Part shown: piece by piece, positions 23,642-35,849 of the stretch | Position numbering within the stretch: position 1 is the first letter of the stretch | Layout of the letters: every line of letters starts with the position of its first letter | Source: Blepharisma stoltei ATCC 30299 | Lineage: Eukaryota > Protista > Ciliophora | Length of the DNA: 64,000 bases | Direction of reading: 5' to 3' | NCBI GenBank assembly: GCA_965603825.1 | Contig: CBFDEM010000018.1 | Coordinates: forward strand, 620,001-684,000 | The notes under the pieces: generated by a model | Database searches by the model: none | Seen by the model: the letters and a program-made list of their open reading frames with translations, nothing else | What the model was told of the DNA's origin: nothing | Program-made: the position numbers and the translations under genes

Positions 23642-26413
23642 TTAATTAATAGGAAGCCAAGAATAGCATGGATATCGACTTCTAAATGTATCTGGATCAG
23701 TTTTCAGCTGTTCTGAGTATTCATCACGAACTTCTCCTCATTTCGATGCATAAACTTTGACTACAAAAGCCCTATCAATAAACTTATGCACCGTAAGCCA
23801 ATTATTAAAATCTTCAATTTTCAATTTTTTCAAAAATTCAATTTCCTTTTCCCTTCTGTCAAACTCAAAATTCCTCTGCAGAATTTCTTGCCAAAAATAT
23901 TCACTTTTGTCGTTTAAGCTATGAAAAGGCTCTTTTTTCTTCGAAATTACTGCTTTTTTATGCTCTTTGAAATTTTCACTTAAATCTTCTTTGCTTTCTC
24001 TCAAAAATTCGTTAATTTTTTCCATTAAATAGTCAGGATTATACTCTGTTGAGCAAAGCTTGATTAAAAATCCTGACATTCCTCTAGTCATTCTCGAAGA
24101 AACAGCCACATAATACCCCAGCTGCTGATTAGTCCTTAACTCATCAAAAGCATCCTCATCTAAAATTTGTTCTAATAAAGATGCCATTGCCCTTTCTTCA
24201 ATTGTAGCTGTCCCAAATTGGTAATAAATTTCAATGACTGAGCATCCATTTGCTGGGTCTACTGCATTTAATTTTCACTCTAAAATTTGGTCTCTAAGAA
24301 GCATTACAGTTCTGGGTGAAAAATTTTTGACTCTTTTGCCTTCAGCGGCAAATAATAAACCTTCAGTAAATTCACTTAAATCTGAGACGTCACTTTTAGG
24401 GATATTTCCGGTCATATATATGAGAACTTTTACATGGGCTAGGTTGCATGTAATTTCTGATGTTGCAAGCTGCTGGATTACTTCTAATTTATGTTCTTCT
24501 AGATATTGTTGGTGCTGCAAAAAGACAAGTCGTGCATTTCTTGAGTGAGCTTTTGGGTCGATGTTAGCGTTTTTGTATTTTTGGATTAGCCTTTCTATTA
24601 TAAGTCTTATAGAATTTTCATTAGGATACGATGTATAAATATATTCCATTATTTTTTCAATTAAAGCTTCAAGCTTATCTGCAAATCCATTGACTTTGAT
24701 TTCAAAGCAGTTATCAAGAGCATCAATTGAGATATTAAACCCAGCGTAGCTTGCCTGGTACCCAAACTCATCATTTATATCATTTTGTAAGACTTCAGCT
24801 ATGACATCTACAGTCACTGAGCGTAGAGCTGTGGATCTGAAATTTGGAATAAATAAAGCAATAAATGCATTCGCACGGGAATCTCTATATGAAATATCTG
24901 TGTTATACCAAGCTTCTACCATATCAGAATTATAGACTTTTACTGGTTTTGGCTCTTCTAATTTCACTAAATTAAAGTTTGTAGGGATAAATTCATTTGC
25001 TGCTGGGTAGTATAGTTTTTCAGCAATTTCTGGGCTGTTAGGGATTTCTGGTAAATCTTTTATACAGTATTTTGTGCCGAACCATGTTTCTACCATATTG
25101 GCTTCATTTTCATAGAAATTTGAAGTTATATCAATGCGCGCCCTTTCAAAATTAATATATTCAAGCATATGGTTTATTGCATCTGAGCTTAATTCTTCAA
25201 TTAAATCATAAATTCCTGCAGTCAAAACTCTATCTGCTGGGAAATGCTGAAGGGCGTCACTTATTTTTGAGCAATAATCAACAGGCTCCATTCTTTCAAA
25301 ATATTCAAATTCTAACTCCTGCATTTGTTTTAGCTCGTTATAGAAATACATGCAAGGTGTTTTTGATGATTTCAGCAAGTTTATATATGTGAAAATTGCA
25401 TTGATAACAGCCCATATCTGCTCCAAGCCTTTTTTGGTAAGTTTTACTTGGATTCCTAAAGAAAATCAAGATCGGGTATGCTCCATAAATGGCCCTGCAC
25501 TTAAGCCAGTTGCCAGTCCATTTTGTTTTAGAAAATATAAAATACTTCCTTTAGATTCATGTCCTAATAGACTTTCTAAATAGCAGTCTGGTCTCGATGT
25601 ATAATAGCTTCAAAACGGAGGCACCATTCATGTAATATCAATGGTTTTTATGTCTTTTACAGGGACAATACAAAAATATTTATTATTGTTTTCGACGGAA
25701 GGAATTCCTAAGTCTGTGTATAAAGGAGAAATATTTTTGTTAGGAATTTCTGCAAATTTCGCAGACACCCAAGACTCTAAAGTTTCCATATCAATACCAG
25801 GAGAATAAACACACAGTGTCATTATATTCGCTGAATAAAATTGACTATGAAAATTCAGCGTCTCCTGATGCAGATTAGGCTTTTGTGCCAAACTTCTGAT
25901 ATTTCCCCAAGAAAAAGAGTTTATCTTATGCTGAGAATTCAATGAAAACCCAAAAAGTGACTCTCTTCTGACAGCATCGTTTTGTATTACTTCATTAAAC
26001 TCAGCCTCAATGGCTTGGATTTCCCTGCTAGAAGATTCTTCTTTTATAAGCGGAGAAATAAAAAATTGAGCAAATCTATCAAGGGCTTCTTCAAGTTCTT
26101 CTGGGTCAACTTCAAATAAAAAACTTGTGGACCCTCATTTAGTCTCTGCATTGCAATATCCACCATGCTGTGATATAAATTGGCTGAAACTTTTTTCGTC
26201 TGGGTATTTTTCAGTGCCAAGAAAGCACATGTGTTCTAAGAAATGGGCTAATCCTTGCAAATCTTGAGGATCGCTGAGAGAGCCGACGCCCACTGTTAGA
26301 GAGCATGCAGCTTGACCTTCAGATTCTGGCTCGGATATGAGGATTGCTTGAAGCTGGTTAGGAAGAGTTATGTGTTTATATTCTCTAGGGTCGCGAGTAG
26401 GCTTTCTCACCAT
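23642..26413 (-). CDS. Insulysin/pitrilysin family (M16A) metallopeptidase, 923 aa
   Basis: GLAHFLEHMCFLGTEKYP (HxxEH), ALDRFAQFF, LGHE and FDELRTNQQLGY present. Four ORF-track fragments are joined by six in-frame TGA. TAA 23642-23644. Confidence 0.95.
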
Positions 26414-26557
26414 TTCTTATATAAGTTAAAGAAAAGAGAAATGAAAATTGAGAATTTTATATGAGTTCTATTATAGTGAAAAATATTTTTATTTTAGAAA
26501 TTTTTCAGTTAAATTCAGAACAACAATATAAAAATCTCCTAAATATCTTAATTATAG

Positions 26558-27320
26558 CTAGCTGTTTAAGTATTCAACAAAATCATCGATCAGCACAGGC
26601 CAAGCTCCACTTGGATCGTACCCTTGCAGTCCTTCTCTTTCTACAATTATTGCAAAATCCAAAAACATTTCCCAAGTGTCCTTAGAAATATCATGCTTCT
26701 TATCCCTGCTTTCTAAAAATCCAATCCATCGATTAACAAGAGGATATTTTTCCCCAAGCAATAATCTTCATAACGCTATAGCAGTCTCAAACCCTAAATT
26801 CCTCACCCCTTGATCTCTGCTAAAAGCAAATACATAATTATAGATTTCTTTAAAACTTTGAGGGTTATTCAACTCCCGTCTTAAATCAGGAATCTTTTGT
26901 CTTAGTTTAGAAATTTCATCACATCCAAGGGCTTTCATGCCATTGCAAAATTCGTCTTTCGTGTAAATTCCCATGGTCGCTGCATTAAAATATTTAGAAA
27001 TCACTAAAATTACGACATCCATCGGCTCAATCCCTATGTCTCTGCAAAAATTCTCAATTCCTTCCCCTTCTATTTGGGCTGATGTAGAACTTTTGTATCT
27101 TGTAAACAGGCTATCAATTTTTTTCTGATTTGTGGGCGCAGGTTGATCTCTGGATACTTGAGCTCCGGAATTATAAAATTCATCTACCGCTAGCTCAAGA
27201 TCCCAGTTTTTAGACGTAAGGAACTTTTTAGCAGGGACATCCTGCATTCCAGTAATCGACATAAATTGAGCTAGTTTTTCACGTTGTCTGCTATTTAGAG
27301 ACTATATAGCGGCTTACCAT
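26558..27320 (-). CDS. DCN1: DCN1-like cullin neddylation E3 (UBA-like + PONY domain), 248 aa
   Basis: M^SLNSRQREKLAQFMSIT..NWDLELAVD, FKEIYNYVFAF, AIAL(TGA=W), ISKDTW and YDPSGAWPVLIDDFVEY present. Confidence 0.95.
27302..27317 (-). other. 16-nt intron immediately after the start codon (gtaagccgctatatag)
   Basis: GT-AG, A at -6. Its removal puts ATG 27320 in frame with the DCN1 N-terminus. Confidence 0.9.
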
Positions 27321-27429
27321 ATCTAAATATTCACAATTTATAAGATGATATTAGGTGTTATTAGTATGTTATGGCTTGTTAAAATGCCTTGATGTTTACA
27401 GAAACTAAGGTTAGTGTTATATAAAAAAA

Positions 27430-28746
27430 TTAGCTTCCAAAATCATAACGAGTCCTAACACGAATTTCTGGCTTATCAATTTCTGATAGCTTTTTGATAA
27501 TAATTTCTTCTTCAATTATATGCTCAATATCAGCAGCTATCTCTTTCATAGGACCATCTATTATTTCTTTATTTTCTACTATTTGCCTTCCAAAGTTTTG
27601 TTGAGTTTCTTCTTCCTCTTCTATTTCTTCCTCATCTATTTCATTTTTATCTAGTTTACTGCTTTCTAAATTGCTGATTCTTTTATCTTTTTGTTTACTA
27701 TTGGTAATCAAAATATCCCTTTCTTTTTCACATTTAGTTAACTCTTCAGTCATTTTTGCCTTTTGGGCGTCTAATGCTTTAATTTCATTTTTATATTTTC
27801 CTTCTGCCCCTTCTATGCTCGTTATTTGATTCATTGTTTCACTTTCTACCTTTTTTCGAAAATCATCAAATTTTTCATGTGCGGCTTGTAATTGGCTGGT
27901 TCTTGAAATAAGCTCAGACTGAAGCCTATCATTTGAATTTTCTAAAAGCTGTAAACGAGAAGCTAACGAGGACTTTTCTACTGATAATTGTTCTATTAAC
28001 AAAGTTTGGTCTGCATTTTTATCCTGAAGGTCGAGTATTAAAGAGTCTTGGGACTCTTGAATTGTTTTAAAATCTTTCAATTGTTTCTTATGAGAAATTT
28101 TTTGTTGTGTTTTTAATGACTCGCTTAAGACTTCTATACTTTCTGCATGATCTCGCTTTAAAGTATTAATTTCATCCTGTAGGCTTATCAATTTTGTATG
28201 CTCAATATTGCATTTCTGCTTATTTTCTTCGAATTCTGCTATAGTGGTCTGTAAGTCTCCATTTAATTTTGCATTTTCTATTTGCAGCTGCATAATAATT
28301 TCATCTTTGTTTATTAATTCATTTTTTAACTCATTATAAACTGTTTCAAAGGTCCTTGTATTTTCCCTATCCTTTGCTATTTGTATAGAAGTTTTCAATG
28401 TAAAAGAAACGTCATTTAACTGACTAGTAGTAAAGCCATTGATTTCTCCTCCATAAAATTTGGAATCCTCTATAATTCCTTGTATGAACGGTATTAATTC
28501 TTCAGCTAAATCCAATTTCACAGAATAATCCTCTTCATCTTGATACTCCTCTATTAAAGCTTCTAAATTTTCGATGTTATAAGTGTAATCTTCGTGGATT
28601 TTTTCCCCAAAATCTATCAATTTAGACACCTGTTCAATCTGTTTTTGCAAATTTGTATAAGCTTTTTTTAATTCTCGGTTTTCTTTTTCTAATTGCTCTA
28701 ATAAATTTTCTGCATAAACTCCAAAAATCAATATAAAAAATAACAT
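27430..28746 (-). CDS. Signal-peptide-bearing long coiled-coil protein, 438 aa
   Basis: Uninterrupted ORF with N-terminus MLFFILIFGVYA and heptad-rich E/K/Q/L composition. Confidence 0.8.
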   Translation of the reverse strand: MLFFILIFGVYAENLLEQLEKENRELKKAYTNLQKQIEQVSKLIDFGEKIHEDYTYNIENLEALIEEYQDEEDYSVKLDLAEELIPFIQGIIEDSKFYGGEINGFTTSQLNDVSFTLKTSIQIAKDRENTRTFETVYNELKNELINKDEIIMQLQIENAKLNGDLQTTIAEFEENKQKCNIEHTKLISLQDEINTLKRDHAESIEVLSESLKTQQKISHKKQLKDFKTIQESQDSLILDLQDKNADQTLLIEQLSVEKSSLASRLQLLENSNDRLQSELISRTSQLQAAHEKFDDFRKKVESETMNQITSIEGAEGKYKNEIKALDAQKAKMTEELTKCEKERDILITNSKQKDKRISNLESSKLDKNEIDEEEIEEEEETQQNFGRQIVENKEIIDGPMKEIAADIEHIIEEEIIIKKLSEIDKPEIRVRTRYDFGS

Positions 28747-28768
28747 ATTTTTAACGTTAATGAATTAT

Positions 28769-30235
28769 CTATTTATTCGAGCATATTTTCAGTATTTCTT
28801 TTTGTTTTGCAAAAAAGCATCTATTGGCGTCAACAATTCCTACATTGCAGGAACATTTATCAGCGACTTCATTTTCCCCTAGAAGCCTTGCTGGTTTTAT
28901 AGCAGAATGGAAATACTCGCTTGAAAGCTCCCAGTCTTCAAGCTTACTAGTCAAAAACCCAAGGGCAAGCAATGTGTCTAGCTGAATTTTAGGATTCCTT
29001 ATCCTCGTCGCAAATTGAATGCAAGCTTCTAAATTTTGTTTCGCATTTAAATCTTCTCCTAAGCTTAAAAATGACATTCCAAGCTGCCCTAAGCTTATGC
29101 ATTGTGACTCATAATCACCTCTTTTATTAGCCCAATTTAAGGCTTTGGTAAAATACTGTACTGATTCACCATATTTTCCTACTAATCTTGAAGTTATTCC
29201 TAAATTATAATAAGCTGCAAATTTGTTTTCTTTGTCAGAAAATTCACAATGTTTCATATGAAATTGTATGCTCTTTTCAAGCTTATTCATATTGTAATAA
29301 ACAACTCCTAGACGGTTTAAGGCTAATGCAGCACCTACAGGGTCGTCAAGTAGCCTTGCACAAAAGAAAAATCGCTTATAGAACCTTGCAGATTCCTTGT
29401 AGTTTTGGTTTTCTTCATTCATAGCTCCAAGGCAAAAGGACATGTGGGCTTCTTTTTGGACGTCGCCAGCTTGAACCCCAGCCTTTGCGCGTAAAACTAG
29501 ATCTTTTAAGGATGTATTTTGTAAAGCGTCGTTGCCAGCTGGTATTGAAGGTGCCCAACCTCCACCAGGTGTTAAAGGAGCTGCAACAGTTGCATTTAAC
29601 CCTTCAGGAGGCTGTACTTGTATTTGATGATTAAAAAAGCATTTATCCCCTCTTACTTGAGCTACTTCGTTTTCTATTTTATTTATTGATTTTACAGTTG
29701 ATTTTGGGCTCAAAAAATTTTTATTCTTTTTATCCAGCAACAAATCATCAAATTGTTGGGACGCCAAAATTGTTTTAAGTTTCATTAATTTTTCTTCTTT
29801 TGGCTGTACAAATATTTCTTTAAATAGAATCATTTCTCCTTCAGCCTTAGAAATTGGGACTTGCTTTGGCTTATTTTTTGACGGGGTATTTGAACTTGCC
29901 CTCGATTTTCTTGGCATTTTTTTTTCCATGCTTAAGTTAAGAGGGGTAGGTACTCGATTTTGTTCTTGAAGATGGGCCAGAGATTCAGCTTTGGTCAATT
30001 CAAATTTTTTTGAGGAGGCTGAGTTTAGGAGAAGTGCAGCATTTTTGGAATGCCTGCCTGGGGTTTTATGAATTGTGCTTGCTGTGTGGTAGACTTCTGG
30101 GGTAACGATAAACTCAAATTTCTTTGAATTTGATGAAGATGTCATAGGTCTGGAGTCTGCGAGTTTTACAATTTTTGAGCGGCTTGGGGAATCGATTATC
30201 CTTGTAGACCTGTTTCTTTTGAGATCAATTGACAT
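28769..30235 (-). CDS. TPR-repeat protein with disordered N-terminus, 488 aa
   Basis: ALNRLGVVYY, AAYYNLGI and SLGQLG TPR/GPSM-type repeats. Confidence 0.85.
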   Translation of the reverse strand: MSIDLKRNRSTRIIDSPSRSKIVKLADSRPMTSSSNSKKFEFIVTPEVYHTASTIHKTPGRHSKNAALLLNSASSKKFELTKAESLAHLQEQNRVPTPLNLSMEKKMPRKSRASSNTPSKNKPKQVPISKAEGEMILFKEIFVQPKEEKLMKLKTILASQQFDDLLLDKKNKNFLSPKSTVKSINKIENEVAQVRGDKCFFNHQIQVQPPEGLNATVAAPLTPGGGWAPSIPAGNDALQNTSLKDLVLRAKAGVQAGDVQKEAHMSFCLGAMNEENQNYKESARFYKRFFFCARLLDDPVGAALALNRLGVVYYNMNKLEKSIQFHMKHCEFSDKENKFAAYYNLGITSRLVGKYGESVQYFTKALNWANKRGDYESQCISLGQLGMSFLSLGEDLNAKQNLEACIQFATRIRNPKIQLDTLLALGFLTSKLEDWELSSEYFHSAIKPARLLGENEVADKCSCNVGIVDANRCFFAKQKEILKICSNK

Positions 30236-30433
30236 TGTTGATAATAATTAAATTAGAGAGAAAACTATAATTTGATTTTTTGTATAAAAAGCTATTATTA
30301 ATAAAAGAAAAGATTTTAATTAAATAAAGCTGTGGAAATCATGAATATGCTTATTATATGTTTAGCAATAGAAAATGATCATTTATTTTGATAATAAAAA
30401 AGTGTATTTTATATAGTTACAGCGAAATATTTT

Positions 30434-30817
30434 TTATTGATAAATAATCTTGTAAGGCTCATTAAGCAGTAATTGAAAATCGTCAGGATCTAAAGACTGC
30501 TGGGCTTTTGCAATTTCAAGCCCATACACTGCAAGATCTTCAAGGCTACGCAAGTCTCCTTGATGAAATTGAATTTTTAAATATTTGCAAGGCAAGCTTC
30601 CAATACTTATCCTTCTTTCTCTTGTATGGGTTAAAATAAAATCTTTTTCAACCACAATTCATTTCCCGGTTCGATTCTTTGACACACTTACAGTAATAAT
30701 TGCTCTTGTTTTATATACCAAATTAATATAAGCCAAAGATGTAAGCTCTCTTAACTCAATTACCAGCTCATAAGGCGAAATATGATGAGTTGCATATGAT
30801 ACTTGCTCAACTTGCAT
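30434..30817 (-). CDS. Hypothetical beta-rich protein, 127 aa
   Basis: ATG 30817 is in frame through one TGA (30659-30661). The pattern ELVIEL..W..CKYLKIQF..VYG suggests a galactose-binding-like fold (weak). Confidence 0.65.
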
Positions 30818-30840
30818 ATTTAAAATTATAATAAATTTAC

Positions 30841-32148
30841 TTAATTTCTATATCCATAATTCACGTGAACTGGAGAATATTGACTGAAATATTCTCTTGA
30901 TGACTGGAATGGCCGCTTGAAAGGAGATCTTGTCGGCGACTGCTCAATTTTTGTATGTACAGTAGGCCTATCATAGGCTGGAGTTGATGCTCTAGGACGG
31001 TCCACTGAAGGTATTGGTGAAGACTGTGGTGTCCTATGGGCTTTTTTGGCTGTCAAAAGCCTTTGGGCTTGTCCTTGGTCTCCATATACAGCTTTAGCTC
31101 TATCTGAAGGAGAATACTCCACAGAAAGCGCTGAAATTTGATTTGTTATATCCCGGACGCTATATGTCCTATGTGTCTTCAAGTCATACTCAATCAAAAA
31201 CTGCTGCTGAGGCCCAAGCACAGATCCAGGCCTACAAATTCTACACCACCCTATAAATTCTTCAGCTGGAAAATGATAGTTTTTTATAGCATAACACCCT
31301 ATAAGAGTCCCAGTTCTCCCAAGCCCTGCTTTACAATGTACAGCGACTGCCCCCATTTCCATTTCCACTATTGAATTAAACCTATTTACAATTTCTTCAC
31401 TGGGGACACTTCCGTCTACAAAAAAAAGCTCAAAAAGGTTAATACCATTCCTAATAAACCTCTGCTCATCATATGTTTTATTGTTTAGCCTCACTACAGC
31501 TGATACACCTAGTTTTCTGAATAATAAAGAATACTCTTCTGGTGTATAATTACAAATCCCCATTTCTTTTCTTTCACTAGGGCAGCTAAATGCTAGCAAT
31601 TTCCCTGGGATCACCCAGCTTATATCCCCATTTTCTATTTTTTCATGAAATTCTGAAAACTGCAAGTCGAATCTCTGATAGTCAAACCAACCCAATCTGA
31701 TAGCTCTATCTAAGCCTCTCAAACAATGTAAAATTGTACATTCATAATAACAAGGACCATAGCTTGCATCTCGAAATGCCATAAAGCTTGGCAGCAGTGC
31801 AAATGGTCTTCAAGCCTCGTTTGCTGTTTTTTTCATGATAACGATTTGAAATGCTCCCATTAAGAAGGCTGCATTAGCACGCTTTGTGGGATCTACAGAG
31901 CAGTAGTGGTAAATGTGATAGTCTCGATATCGGGGGTCCTTTAATAGCCTGTCTAGCTGTGTGCAAAATCGATAAACCATTGATAAATTCACTGGGCCAA
32001 AGTCTTCACAAAAAGGCTCATAGACAAGTTCCTATGTGAAAATTACGTTATCAATAGTAAAGAAACAAGATTTTGGCTTATTCCGAGGAGGAGAGCGCTC
32101 AGATATCCAAAAAAGACGATCTGGAATTATTTCGGCTGCACTTGACAT
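30841..32148 (-). CDS. CDC14: Cdc14 dual-specificity phosphatase, 430 aa
   Basis: EIIPDRLFW, FTIDN^ELVYEPFCEDFGP, KRANAA, FRDAS, ENGD and VHCKAGLGRTG present. Intron 32032-32046 and TGA 31810-31812. Confidence 0.97.
32032..32046 (-). other. 15-nt intron (gtaattttcacatag)
   Basis: Removal restores the Cdc14 motif 'ID.EL.Y.PF..DFGP'. Confidence 0.95.
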
Positions 32149-32384
32149 AGAAAAATATGATTATTTAAAATGGAAATCGTTAGAGTGAATAGGCTTAGGA
32201 TTTGAAGATAATTTTGAATTCAGTGAAAATAAGAAATGGATACTTAAAAGTAAAGATCGTTATTTAAGATAATAGAGAGGATTAAGTTGATTTTTAATGG
32301 TTTTGTTTGGGTTTTAGAAGGTATTTTGCTACAGATTATTATAAAAATAGTTGAAATTCTGATTATAGCTTATAGTAAACAATT

Positions 32385-34418
32385 ATGGAAGCAAATGATT
32401 CCAATAGCTTATTACAAGCTGGGATCACTTTTTTAAGGACTTTTATGCAAGAAAATATTTCTGGGCCGCCCTTAAATCTTCCTCGTACAAACGCAGAAAA
32501 TTTATCACTTGACGGTGAAGATGTGATTACTTATATTTTAGGCAGTGAAAACTTGTCCAATGCCAGAGATATTTTTATTAATCAGTTTTCCTCAATCGAG
32601 CCTCTTCAAGATTCTTATCTCTGGAGAGCTCGCTATGCATTTCTCCATCAACAAATATTGACTCACCAAGTCGAATCTCTTAAATCCCTCTCTTTATCAT
32701 CATATGAAAAAGCATTATCTCACGATTTTCCACCATCAGAGAAAGCTCTTTTATTAGTAGAATACAGTAGGTGTTTACTTTATTATTTGCAATATGAGCA
32801 ATCTGAGCAGGCTTTGCTTCAGGCTCAAGAATTGGCTGGTTTATCTTTTAATTTGACTGGGAAATTAGGTGTCAGGACAAAATTCCAGACTTTTAAGACA
32901 GCTCAGCTTGTGCTGGAAACCAGAAGTTCTGAAGAGATCACAAATGTGGCAGCAGAAGCACCAGTCTCAATTAAATTGGATGAGGATTGTCCACTTCATG
33001 AGACTCCTCAATTAGACCAACCTTCATTAGAAAATTGTTCTATTGCAGATCAAATAATTTTGCTAGCTTGGGTGAATTATTTCTTTAAAACTAAGCCAAA
33101 AGATGAGCTTCAAACAGAAATCATTGCAAGCTATCTAGACAAAATTCTAGAAAAGCCTTTAAATTGGCTTGTTTATTCTGAAGCTTTGTTATATAGGTCA
33201 AAAAATCAATTTGAAAGCTACAAGCACAAAGAAAGGTCTGCTTTACAAATCCAAACCCTTTTAGACCAATTCTCCGACGAAAGCCCAGACGTGGTAGAAA
33301 GGCTTTCCTACGTATTTTCCTTAAATTATCCTCTAAGACACTGGCTAAAAGTCGAGCTCGGCGAAATGTTTATGAAACTTGGCGCCCCTATGAGCGCTTT
33401 CCAAGAATTCGAAACAGTCGAAATGTGGGAAGACGCCGTCGAATGCTTAATTATGAGCAATTATTCAGGAAAAGCTGAAAAACTTGCGAATGAAAGACTA
33501 AGTATCCACAAAACCCCACGAATGTTATGCGCATTAGGCGATATTTCAAGAAACCTTGAATGCTATTTAGAAGCCTGGGAAATTTCTAATCATAGATATA
33601 CAAGGTCTCAAAGGTCCCTGGCCAGAATTTCATTCGATGAAGGAAATTTCGAAAAAGCTATAGAGCACTATAAGCTTGCCTTAGAAATTAACCCACTTTA
33701 TGCGAATTGCTGGTTTACCTTAGGGTGTGCACAAATGAAGCTGCAGAAATGGGAGGATGCAGCTTTAAGCTTTAGAAAGCTGGTACATGTAGATGGGACT
33801 ATAGCTGAAGGTTGGAATAACTTGGCAGCAAGCTATATACAGATGGAAAAATATGAAGAAGCTTTTACAGCGATGTATCATGGTGTGAAGTATGACAGAA
33901 TGAACTGAAAAATGTGGGAAAACCTATTAATTTTAAGCATACAAGTCCGGAAAATCTCACAGACCATTGAAAGCATAAGGAGCTTGTTAAGGTTAAACCA
34001 AACAAGAAATATTGACGAAAAGGTATTTGTCGCCTTGAATTGGTATAGTAATGAAACTCAGAGGTGGCAAGAAGTTGAAAAAGTTTATAGCGAAGTGGTA
34101 AATAAGATCAGCATAAATGGAAGAAGCTGAAAATGCTACGCAGATTTTGTTGAAATGTATCAAGGTATAAATGAAGATTTTAGCATAGAGAGAGTGCTGA
34201 ATTTAAGGCTAAAAGCATGTAGAGCTGTATTGGGGACTCCAAGCTGGGAAAAGGATAGTAATTTGTGTAGTGATCTTATTTTATTTGGGACAGAACTTGC
34301 AGAGTGCTATAAAAGAGTCAATGAAAATATGAAAATTGAAGGAAGACTATTCATAGAGAATATAAAAAAGAAATTTGAAGAAAAACTAGAAAAAGAAGTA
34401 GAGTTCCCTAATTTTTAA
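32385..34418 (+). CDS. TTC27: TTC27/Emw1-like TPR protein, 677 aa
   Basis: WRAR..HQQIL, LTGKLGVRTKFQ, NWLVYS..LLYRS and ERSALQIQTL present, followed by TPRs and N(TGA=W)KMWEN. Two in-frame TGA. Confidence 0.9.
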
Positions 34419-34465
34419 CACAAAATTTAAAAAATATTCTAACTTCTGAGTTAATAAAACTATAA

Positions 34466-35083
34466 TTATTCCTTACTTCTCCAAGATAAAGTAATTGGAT
34501 ACTTATCTTCTTCTTCACTTGGCAAAATCGTCTGAACATATTCTCCAGCGACCACATTCCCATTACAGAAATTCCAAACCCCTTTGCCTTTTGGCATATT
34601 ATGATCGAATTGCCCTTCATAAAAGCTTTGGTTCTTGAAAATCCATTTCCCCTTCATAATTTTCCCATCAGCCCAAACTCCTACTAATTTCGCGCCACTT
34701 TCTTTTACGATGTAAGTCCCTTTTCCTTCTTTTTTGCCACTTTTCCATTGGCCGCTATATATATCGCCATTGGCATATTTGAAAACTCCTTCCCCATCTT
34801 TTAGTCCGGCTCTGAAATAACCGTGGTATTCTCCTTTTTCATTGTAAGTCATTTTTCCTATGCCTTGTTTTTGGTCATTTTCATATGCTCCGACGTATTT
34901 GTCGCCATTTGAATAGGTATAGGTGCCTTTTCCGTGCTTTCTCCCATCTTTGAACTCTCCTTCATAGATTTCTCCATTGGGATAGGTAGCTGTGCCAGTC
35001 CCTGTGTAAAACCATGAAGATTTTACCTGTGTGCCATCTTCCTGGACTAGGAGGTATTCGCCAAGTTCTTCTTCTGCGGCCAT
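34466..35083 (-). CDS. MORN-repeat protein, radial-spoke-head (RSPH1/RSP10)-like, 205 aa
   Basis: Tandem YEGEF..G.KHGKGTYTY.NGD MORN repeats. Confidence 0.88.
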   Translation of the reverse strand: MAAEEELGEYLLVQEDGTQVKSSWFYTGTGTATYPNGEIYEGEFKDGRKHGKGTYTYSNGDKYVGAYENDQKQGIGKMTYNEKGEYHGYFRAGLKDGEGVFKYANGDIYSGQWKSGKKEGKGTYIVKESGAKLVGVWADGKIMKGKWIFKNQSFYEGQFDHNMPKGKGVWNFCNGNVVAGEYVQTILPSEEEDKYPITLSWRSKE

Positions 35084-35849
35084 TTGAGTAACTGTTAATT
35101 ATTTAACATTCTAAAAGATAAATTTATAAAAATAACAACTGATTGCAGGGCTTTAGTAGGAAAGCTACTACCTAAAATAGTAAGAAGAAGGTAAATAAAT
35201 ATACAAAAGTTATTGTTTATAATGCAAGATAGAAGATATAGTTTGAAGCAAAAATTATTTTTGTATCTTCATTTAGGAGTTATATTAAGAATGATAATCA
35301 TTCAATAATTATTTTTGGAGATTTTGGAATGTTTAGATTTTAACTTTTTAAGTTTTGGATTATCCTGGATTTATTTTTTAAACTTTTAGGTTTTTTTGGA
35401 TTTACTCCGATTTTTGGATATCTTAAACTAATTTTTGGCCCTCCCCTTATTCCAAATATGCCATTCATTATTATAATAACAAGATATGCGACTTATCTTG
35501 AGTAATATTTGTATAAATAAGGAATTTCTGCACAATTTTGGTTAATTTCTAAATCTTTATTTAAATAATAATATTCGTTAATAGCCAATTAGTAAACCTT
35601 ATCAGAGCGCTAAATCTTGCAAAAACTTCATTAAAAAAACTATAATAGGAGTTTATTATATCTCAGGCAGCATCTTGATCTATTTATTTTAGGATTTATT
35701 TTATCAATTAAGCAAAGGCTATACCAATTTCAACCAACCTTTATTCCTATTGAACAAAATACCACATCTTTTAATCAAAAGAGACAGTTACATCAGATGT
35801 CACCAGAAACTGCATTTATATGGAAGATAATCTCTATTATCAGTAATAA

